Source: Fibrobacterales bacterium (GTDB lineage Bacteria > Fibrobacterota > Fibrobacteria > Fibrobacterales > JAOPTW01). From it: a stretch of DNA of 64,000 nt. The translations under genes were made by a program, and so were the position numbers. The stretch is taken from contig JAOPTW010000016.1 in NCBI GenBank assembly GCA_051532035.1, forward strand, positions 32,001-96,000, written 5' to 3'. The notes under the pieces are model-generated. The model was not told the origin of the DNA, did not search any database, and worked only from the letters and a program-made list of their open reading frames with translations. Position 1 is the first letter of the stretch. Every line of letters begins with the position of its first letter. Below are positions 57,266 through 64,000 of this stretch, in pieces.

Positions 57266-59054
57266 ACAGGTTATACTCTCGATCGCCCTCACCACCTTAA
57301 TGCTCACGGCATCACCACAGTGGGTCAAAGTAAACGTTATTGTGGCGAGTAAAAGCGGACTCTCTCATGACACTGAACTTCGGTACGCCTATAATGATGC
57401 AAAGAAAATGCGTTCCACTCTTGCAGAGCTCAGTGATGTAGACCCCAAAAATAATTTCCTTATTACCACCGAATCAACTACAGACCTTCGAGAAAAGCTC
57501 AGCTATATTAGTGAACGTATAACAAAGCTTAAGCAGAAGCACAAAGTCCTCCTTCAGTTTTATTACTCTGGCCATGGTTCAGGGAGCAGTTTTCATATTG
57601 GTAATGAAAAGTTCCTCTTTAAAGAGGTTAAGTCGCTCCTTAATACAACACAAATAGATACCCGCATTTTTATTCTCGATGTCTGTTTTGGGGGAACCTT
57701 CCTCAACTCCAAAGGGTTTACCAAAGCAAAGCCCATCTCAATCAATCTCGATGTTAATGACGCTACTCAAGGTGAGGTAATTATTAGTTCATCAGCAGTA
57801 AACGAACAGGCCTATGAAATTGAGTCACTTGAAGGGTCGGTCTTTAGTACCAACTGGATTATGGGACTCCGTGGGGCGGGTGATAAAAACGGTGATGGAC
57901 AAGTATCACTCTTTGAAGCGTACAATCACGCCTATGATCACACCGTAAACTACACCTCACAAACCTTGCAAAAACCGCAGCACCCCTCATACAACATGGA
58001 CCTCACTGGTGCTCACGACATTGTACTCACCAAGCCAACTCTCTCGGCAAATGGCATCGTATTTGACAACTGCCCCAAAGGAATCTACACAATCTACAAC
58101 GCGTCTCATTACCACACTATCGGTGATGTCCGCATATCTGATTCAGGGCAATTCTTTCTCGCACTCCAACGGGGGAGTTATTCTATTACCACTCCAAATA
58201 GTGATGGACGTATAATGGAAGCATCGATTAGTGTAACCACCAATCTAACAGAGGTGACCTATAGCGAGTTTTCTCCCAAGAAAGAATCGGCTATTATACA
58301 CAAACGAAAAGGTTCTCGCCTCAGTGCCTTTAAACCAGATTTTGCAACACGGCTCGTAACAAACTCAGGCGTCACTCTCTACAAAGGCTTTGGCTACCAC
58401 TCTCTTTCGGGCATCACCCAAAGCCTCAATGCTCAAAATGACATTGAAGATCTATTCGATATTAACCCAAGCTACGTTCCAGACGAGACGATCTACGACA
58501 ATTTTGGCATTAATCTGGTACTCTCTACAGGCAACTGGGGCATCGCGGGCCACATTGAAGGATACAACCAAAAAGTTTCAATGCAAGGCAAAGGAACTGA
58601 ACCCACGCAGGAACCCCAAGAAGATCTTGATGTATTTGCAAGTGGCTCTGTTGAATTATTCCACATAGAAATTGGTATCGCATTTCAAAAACGTATTTTT
58701 CTAGAGCAAGCCCATCGAATCGATGGAGAACTCGGTGCCTCATTTGTAGGAGAAAGTTACGACCACGCCTGGAGTTATGAGCGAAAAGCGATGCTCTTCT
58801 CCAAAGAAAAATATGACTATAGAGCAAGTATGAGTGGCAGTCGATATCATATTGCTGCACGATATCGATATCACCTTGAGACGGCACTTAATCTTGCCAT
58901 TGGAGCAAAACTGAGCGCCTACCTTCTCGACTTAAAAACTAACAATATTCCTACTGGCGAAAATGCAACGGTCTTTCATAAACTCAATGGCCACTCATTT
59001 GTACCCGGTATAAAACTCGACCTACTCTTTTTCATTGGACCACGGAGGATTTAA
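57258..59054 (+). CDS. exported caspase-family (peptidase C14) protein with C-terminal beta-rich domain
   Basis: Signal peptide; LRYA..DA, FYYSGHG (His), ILDVCFGG (Cys), SS...EQA.E...L.GS.F, GLRGAGDKNGDGQVSL.EAY..AY..T...T...QHP. Confidence 0.88.
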   Translation: MIKQVILSIALTTLMLTASPQWVKVNVIVASKSGLSHDTELRYAYNDAKKMRSTLAELSDVDPKNNFLITTESTTDLREKLSYISERITKLKQKHKVLLQFYYSGHGSGSSFHIGNEKFLFKEVKSLLNTTQIDTRIFILDVCFGGTFLNSKGFTKAKPISINLDVNDATQGEVIISSSAVNEQAYEIESLEGSVFSTNWIMGLRGAGDKNGDGQVSLFEAYNHAYDHTVNYTSQTLQKPQHPSYNMDLTGAHDIVLTKPTLSANGIVFDNCPKGIYTIYNASHYHTIGDVRISDSGQFFLALQRGSYSITTPNSDGRIMEASISVTTNLTEVTYSEFSPKKESAIIHKRKGSRLSAFKPDFATRLVTNSGVTLYKGFGYHSLSGITQSLNAQNDIEDLFDINPSYVPDETIYDNFGINLVLSTGNWGIAGHIEGYNQKVSMQGKGTEPTQEPQEDLDVFASGSVELFHIEIGIAFQKRIFLEQAHRIDGELGASFVGESYDHAWSYERKAMLFSKEKYDYRASMSGSRYHIAARYRYHLETALNLAIGAKLSAYLLDLKTNNIPTGENATVFHKLNGHSFVPGIKLDLLFFIGPRRI

Positions 59055-59056
59055 TT

Positions 59057-59809
59057 ATGCGGATTCTATTACTATTAGTACCATTAATATATACTCTACT
59101 CTTGTTGGGATGTGCAGAATCATATGACACAACTACTGTCGAACAAGCCGACGACCCATCAATCATCAGAACACTCAACTACACCTATCTCGGGTCAAAA
59201 ATTTTTCCACTCGAGCACTCAAACAATTACACCTATAATTTTGTGCAATATGACTCTGAAGGTACTAAGACTGACTCAACCAAAAATTTCCGTTTCGAAA
59301 TATCATCCTATTCTCAAGGCCCCGATGACAGTTTTCTTTTCGGCATGCCAGGCAACGAAGCGGACATTCTCCAATGGAAAGGCGAGTCGTATTCTGTAGA
59401 GGAACGGGGAGTCTATATTATTGGTCGCTACGATACAAAGCAAAAACGAGAAATTTCCACAGAACCTGAACCGATATTTTGGCTTCCTCAGTCCCCCGAA
59501 AAAGGGGTACGTACTCTAGGAGATGACTATACCATTGAATACCTCGGCAGCGACTTCCCCTATATAATGAGTGTCGACAACTGCAGCCGTCCGGTACTCG
59601 AAGAGGCATTGCTCTTTAAAGAAGAGGCCGGAGACTTCACCAACTATTACTACATCAAAAAAGGTGTTGGCATATTGGGCTGGGAGAAATACTATAAGGG
59701 TACCCTCACCGACATAGCAGTACTCAATAATATGAATTTTCAAACCGAAGATGAGGACGAATTCTACGCACCAAACCACTGTTATGAAGACGAGTACTAC
59801 TATGACTAG
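59057..59809 (+). CDS. hypothetical lipoprotein
   Basis: Lipobox LLGC; YY.KKGVGI beta-hairpin; starts 2 nt after the caspase gene. Confidence 0.75.
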   Translation: MRILLLLVPLIYTLLLLGCAESYDTTTVEQADDPSIIRTLNYTYLGSKIFPLEHSNNYTYNFVQYDSEGTKTDSTKNFRFEISSYSQGPDDSFLFGMPGNEADILQWKGESYSVEERGVYIIGRYDTKQKREISTEPEPIFWLPQSPEKGVRTLGDDYTIEYLGSDFPYIMSVDNCSRPVLEEALLFKEEAGDFTNYYYIKKGVGILGWEKYYKGTLTDIAVLNNMNFQTEDEDEFYAPNHCYEDEYYYD

Positions 59810-59829
59810 GTACAGCACTCTCTAAGCCC

Positions 59830-59862
59830 TGTCAATAAGTGTCACTGTACAAGAGTTACCTT
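59830..59862 (+). promoter_or_regulatory. putative WYL box (1 mismatch) plus -10-like element of rmuC
   Basis: TGTCAATAAGTGTCA (59830-59844), then 12 nt, then TACCTT. Confidence 0.5.
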
Positions 59863-59894
59863 TACTATGTTTGACACAGTAAAGGAGTTCTTCT

Positions 59895-61226
59895 ATGACC
59901 ACTCACCCCCTCGTACTAACTATTCTGCTACTTCTGAGTATCAATCTTATAGTACTGATCATTGTACTTATTAAAACAAAAGCATCCTCTGCCCAAAAAC
60001 CTATCGAACAGTTTTCTGATACTATTACGCAACTCCTCCACGACTCATTTAATCAAAACCGAAACGACAGCCTCCAACGCGCATCACTCCAGCGAGAAGA
60101 ACTGAGCAACAGCCTCCAACGAGTCTCTGACTCTCTCTCACAGCGACTTTCAGAGAGTGCCACTCAGCAAAAAGAGCAACTCGAGCTATTCTCTAATGTT
60201 CTGCAGAGCCTTACCAATGCCAACGAAGCACGCTTTACCGAACTCAACACAACTCTGAGTGAAAAAATCACCGCCCTTCAGACAGACAACAACAAAAGGC
60301 TCGACCTCATCAACCATACTGTGGATGAAAAGCTCCACAAAACACTCGAACAACGCCTCGGTCACTCATTCAAACTCGTTTCCGAGCAATTAGAAAAAGT
60401 GCAAAAAGGGCTCGGTGAAATGCAGACACTCGCTCATGGTGTCGGTGACCTCAAGCGAGTCTTAACCAACGTAAAAACAAAAGGAGTACTGGGTGAATAT
60501 CAGCTCGCCAACATCTTAGAGCAACTCCTCACTCCTGCACAATACGAACCCAATGTTAAAACTAAAAAAGGGAGTGATGCCATTGTTGAATATGCTATCA
60601 AACTTCCGGGCAGGCAGGAGACCAATGAAACCGTTTGGATCCCTATCGATGCCAAATTCCCCACGGAACATTATCAAGAACTCCTTATGGTGTACGAAGC
60701 CGGAGACAAGGCGGAGATTGCTACTGCTCAGAAAGCCCTCTATAAAACCATACGCCTGTGTGCCAAAGATATCCATACGAAATATATCGACCCACCCCAC
60801 ACAACGGATTTTGCAATTCTGTTTCTCCCCATCGAAGGACTCTATGCCGAGGTGCTCCGAGACCACCAACTCTTTCAGACCCTTCAACGAGATTACCATG
60901 TAATAGTCGCTGGCCCCACTACCCTCTCGGCACTGTTAAATTCACTGCAGATGGGCTTTAAAACCCTCGCTATTGAAAAGCGCTCGAGTGAAGTATGGAA
61001 CATTCTTGGGACCGTCAAAACTGAGTTCAATAAATTCGGCACCATTCTCGATAAAACTCAAAAGAAACTTGATGAGGCGAGTAAAACCATTGAGTCAGCG
61101 GGTGTCCGCACTCGTGCCATTGAACGAAAACTCCGGGATGTAGAAGAGCTCCCCCTTCAACAAGAAGCTCAATCATTTACCGATATTCTCCCCTCTCCCT
61201 CAGAATTAGAGACCATTGACGACTAA
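59895..61226 (+). CDS. rmuC: DNA recombination protein RmuC
   Basis: N-terminal TM and coiled coil; TVDEKL..TL..RLG.SF..VS..LE.V.KGLGEM, NVKT.G..GE.QL, PIDAKFP, PP.TTDFA. Confidence 0.95.
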   Translation: MTTHPLVLTILLLLSINLIVLIIVLIKTKASSAQKPIEQFSDTITQLLHDSFNQNRNDSLQRASLQREELSNSLQRVSDSLSQRLSESATQQKEQLELFSNVLQSLTNANEARFTELNTTLSEKITALQTDNNKRLDLINHTVDEKLHKTLEQRLGHSFKLVSEQLEKVQKGLGEMQTLAHGVGDLKRVLTNVKTKGVLGEYQLANILEQLLTPAQYEPNVKTKKGSDAIVEYAIKLPGRQETNETVWIPIDAKFPTEHYQELLMVYEAGDKAEIATAQKALYKTIRLCAKDIHTKYIDPPHTTDFAILFLPIEGLYAEVLRDHQLFQTLQRDYHVIVAGPTTLSALLNSLQMGFKTLAIEKRSSEVWNILGTVKTEFNKFGTILDKTQKKLDEASKTIESAGVRTRAIERKLRDVEELPLQQEAQSFTDILPSPSELETIDD

Positions 61227-61358
61227 CAAGCTTTTTCTCTCTAAATAGCGGTATTTTTAAAATGAAAAATGGGTCATAGGGTTTCGAAAAGTCTCTTAAA
61301 ATTGTCAAAGGAGACTAACTTAGCTATCTTTTGTCCATTATTGTTTGGTAGTTGACTC

Positions 61359-62045
61359 ATGAAATTAACACTGTATAGCTCTCTCTTACTCCTTTTGCTT
61401 CTTGGATGTTCTTATGTACCTCCAAACTACTCTTCAATGCTTATCGGATCTCAGAATCCCAAAAACACCGTTCAAAGTAATATCGGTTTTAGTGGTACCA
61501 ATTTAGGAGTCAATATTGGGAAGCCCAATCAAGCAGACTCAGCAGCAATTGCGGGATACCCCAAAACAACGTTTACCCAAAGTCTCTTTTCCATGGACTA
61601 CTTTATTAATACTGAAATGTTCCATATAGCCCCCAACCTCTCCAACACCAATACCTCCCTTGGTCTCGGTATCGATTACGACGACACCTTTCTTATCGTG
61701 GTTACCCCTGGTGTCCATTTTACGGGTAAAAGTGGTACCAATTTATACCCCACCTCTTTAAACATCAAAAAGGATTACTTTGTTAACCTCCATACCAGTG
61801 TGAATCTCTCAAGTACCAAAGGCAATATCATCCTCCTTTCGAATGATGTTTTTCAGAGTCAATTTATCGAAACAAATCGCTTCCAAGAGTTTTCAAATCG
61901 GGTCACTCCCTACATGAACAAACTCGCCCTCTCACTCTTTTTCTATGACCGTTCTGTCTTTGCCGGCCTTGAACTCAGTATTCTCAACAGTTACGACTTT
62001 GACTATTATGGTGCAGGGGTTGTGTTCACCTTTGGATTCCAATAA
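61359..62045 (+). CDS. hypothetical lipoprotein, possibly outer-membrane beta-barrel
   Basis: Lipobox LLGC; beta-strand pattern ending GVVFTFGFQ. Confidence 0.7.
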   Translation: MKLTLYSSLLLLLLLGCSYVPPNYSSMLIGSQNPKNTVQSNIGFSGTNLGVNIGKPNQADSAAIAGYPKTTFTQSLFSMDYFINTEMFHIAPNLSNTNTSLGLGIDYDDTFLIVVTPGVHFTGKSGTNLYPTSLNIKKDYFVNLHTSVNLSSTKGNIILLSNDVFQSQFIETNRFQEFSNRVTPYMNKLALSLFFYDRSVFAGLELSILNSYDFDYYGAGVVFTFGFQ

Positions 62046-62064
62046 CCCCATTCCAACCCCTTTA

Positions 62065-63606
62065 TCAAAACATCACCTGACTATACTTTCTATCGAGGCT
62101 TCGATATTGTAATGCTTCTGAAAGATGGTTTGCCTCAATCATATCACTCTCTGCCAAATCGGCTATTGTGCGAGCCACTTTTAATATTCTATCATACGCC
62201 CGCGCCGAAAAACCCATTTTTACCGTTGCAATCTTTAAAATTTCCTGTGCGTCCGCACCAAGCATACAATGAGTGCGTATTAAGCGCCCCTGCATATGCG
62301 CATTGCAAAACACTCCAGGCACATCTACAAATCGATGACGCTGTATCTCTCGCGCCCTCTGCACTCTCGCACGAATAGACACAGACGATTCCCCCTCCTC
62401 TTTTTTGCTCATCTCTTGATAGTTGAGAGCCCCAACAGACACATGAATATCAATTCTATCAAGAAGTGGCCCAGATATTTTATTCATATACCGAATCACT
62501 TCATTTTCGCTGCAAGTGCAGGGCTGACTCGGATCACCATAGTACCCACAGGGGCATGGATTCATCGCCGCCCCAAGCATAAACCGCGAGGGATAAGTCA
62601 CCGTCATTGCCGTTCGAGAGATAGTGACCACATTATCTTCAAGGGGCTGACGCAACACTTCAAGTACCGGTTTTGAAAACTCTGGCAATTCATCCAAAAA
62701 GAGCAGCCCATTATGAGCTAAACTCACCTCACCTGGTCTTGGATAAGTACCGCCACCCACAAGCGATGTATTAGAAACGGTATGATGCGGGCTCCTAAAA
62801 GGGCGATCTACAATGAGTGACTCAAAACCCTTAAATAGCCCTGCCCCACTATGAATCGTGGTAGTCTCAATAGCCTCTTCTTTTGTCATATCCGGAAGTA
62901 TCGATGGGATCCTGCGAGCACACATACTCTTACCCGTCCCTGGCGACCCTAATAGTAAAAAGTTATGAGCCCCCGAGGCAGCGATCTCTAACGCTCGACG
63001 AGTTACCTCTTGCCCTTTCACATCACTAAAGTCCAACGCATACTGTTTACTCGGCTCGAGATCACTCGGAAGCGACACTACCTTATGCACATCTCCTTCG
63101 CCACCCAGTACATCAATACAATCCTTGATATTCCCCACACCATAGACATCGACGCCATCAATAATTGCAGCCTCTGCAGCACTGGCTCTCGGAAGGATCA
63201 TAGACTTAAAGCCATGCTTTTTGGCAAAAATAGCAATAGAGAGCGCCCCCTTTATACGCTTCACATCACCACACAGAGAAAGCTCTCCTAAAATAAGTGT
63301 TTTATCGAGCTCAATAAAGGGAATCTGCTCTGATGACATCAGCATCCCTACTGCAAGAGGAAGGTCAAAAGATGACCCCTCTTTTTTAACATCTGCCGGG
63401 GCCATATTTATGGTGGTTCGTTTATTATAGATTTGATAACCAAAGTTTTTTAGGGCAGCACTCACTCTATCCCGCGACTCTCGCACCGCAGAGTCAGGGA
63501 GCCCAACAAGAGTAAAGCCCGGCATCCCATCTCTACAATCAACCTCAATTAGTATCTCAAAGGCTTCAATCCCCCACAGCGCTGCAGCTTTAATTATAGA
63601 GATCAT
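62065..63606 (-). CDS. comM: ComM/YifB Mg-chelatase-like AAA+ ATPase
   Basis: VGLPD.AV.ES..RV, KKEG..FDLP, GSPGTGKS, PFRSPHH, PGEVSLAHNG.LFLDE, AMNPCPCG, SGPLLDRID, SARAYDRILKVARTIADL. Confidence 0.95.
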   Translation of the reverse strand: MISIIKAAALWGIEAFEILIEVDCRDGMPGFTLVGLPDSAVRESRDRVSAALKNFGYQIYNKRTTINMAPADVKKEGSSFDLPLAVGMLMSSEQIPFIELDKTLILGELSLCGDVKRIKGALSIAIFAKKHGFKSMILPRASAAEAAIIDGVDVYGVGNIKDCIDVLGGEGDVHKVVSLPSDLEPSKQYALDFSDVKGQEVTRRALEIAASGAHNFLLLGSPGTGKSMCARRIPSILPDMTKEEAIETTTIHSGAGLFKGFESLIVDRPFRSPHHTVSNTSLVGGGTYPRPGEVSLAHNGLLFLDELPEFSKPVLEVLRQPLEDNVVTISRTAMTVTYPSRFMLGAAMNPCPCGYYGDPSQPCTCSENEVIRYMNKISGPLLDRIDIHVSVGALNYQEMSKKEEGESSVSIRARVQRAREIQRHRFVDVPGVFCNAHMQGRLIRTHCMLGADAQEILKIATVKMGFSARAYDRILKVARTIADLAESDMIEANHLSEALQYRSLDRKYSQVMF

Positions 63607-63899
63607 ACCAGTTCCAGTTGAGGAGAAGTCTCACAACCCAGAAGTGAATGATGTTCATAGGCCGCTACAACCTGAGATTGTATCTCTTTAATAAGGCCTG
63701 CCGATAAAAAGTTGTAGGCACTCATAGGGGTATCCTGCTTTAACTCTGGAAGTTTTAAATGAAACCCCAACCCCGTCTTAAAAAGCTTGAGCCCTCTCAG
63801 CACTAGTTGATTGTTAATCGAAACATCAGTCGTTCCTTTAAAGGTACTCCCAAAATAAGCGGGAAACGGTTTGAATGTCAGTACTCGTATTTGTATCAT
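63603..63899 (-). CDS. SpoVG-like protein (divergent)
   Basis: KG..DV.IN..LV.RGLKL.....G..L.LP...I...V..AY fits the SpoVG pattern; overlaps the comM start (ATGA). Confidence 0.6.
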   Translation of the reverse strand: MIQIRVLTFKPFPAYFGSTFKGTTDVSINNQLVLRGLKLFKTGLGFHLKLPELKQDTPMSAYNFLSAGLIKEIQSQVVAAYEHHSLLGCETSPQLELV

Positions 63900-63907
63900 A
63901 ATATCTC

Positions 63908-64000
63908 CTACACCACTTTTTCTAAAACATTTGAATATTCATTCAATACTTCGCACTCGACATACTCTCTAAAATCCTTTTTCACCGGATAAAAGATCTG
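63908..64000 (-). CDS. 3' end of a SpoVG-family protein (partial)
   Basis: Manual translation QIFYPVKKDFREYVECEVLNEYSNVLEKVV* resembles the SpoVG C-terminus (..P....FR..L...IL..Y). Confidence 0.55.
   Translation of the reverse strand, partial: QIFYPVKKDFREYVECEVLNEYSNVLEKVV

Noticed and set aside
192..63992. Many short ORFs antisense to or nested in the called genes
   Set aside because: Shadow frames of well-supported genes with no motifs of their own.

Overview
A 64 kb, gene-dense bacterial chromosomal segment. A Fibrobacterota-like host is inferred from the Ser/Glu-rich linkers, a CTD-type sorting tail and the lipoprotein style; this is not certain. I found no rRNA, tRNA, CRISPR array, IS element or prophage. 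Housekeeping content: glgM-glgE alpha-glucan synthesis, yciO, glpK, trpR-trpE-trpG, argC, ettA, an MMPL/LolA-like/beta-barrel triad and a GH3 glycosidase. DNA-repair genes are unusually dense: sbcB, ssb, recCBD, an mrfAB-like helicase/exonuclease pair with an SPL-like radical SAM gene, tatD, rmuC and comM. Main leads: (1) a TGACA-N5-TGTCA palindrome upstream of a WYL regulator, ssb, recCBD and rmuC, suggesting a LexA-independent DNA-damage regulon; (2) a lipoprotein with five P-x-Y-G-[VI] cores on Ser-rich spacers next to a radical SAM/SPASM maturase, a candidate lipid-anchored multi-core RiPP or splicease system; (3) an ECF sigma / anti-sigma / exported caspase / lipoprotein operon; (4) an unannotated three-hairpin small RNA; (5) a hybrid kinase lacking its phospho-His, a GlgE lacking domain S, tandem SpoVG-like genes before comM, and an SDR gene stump.
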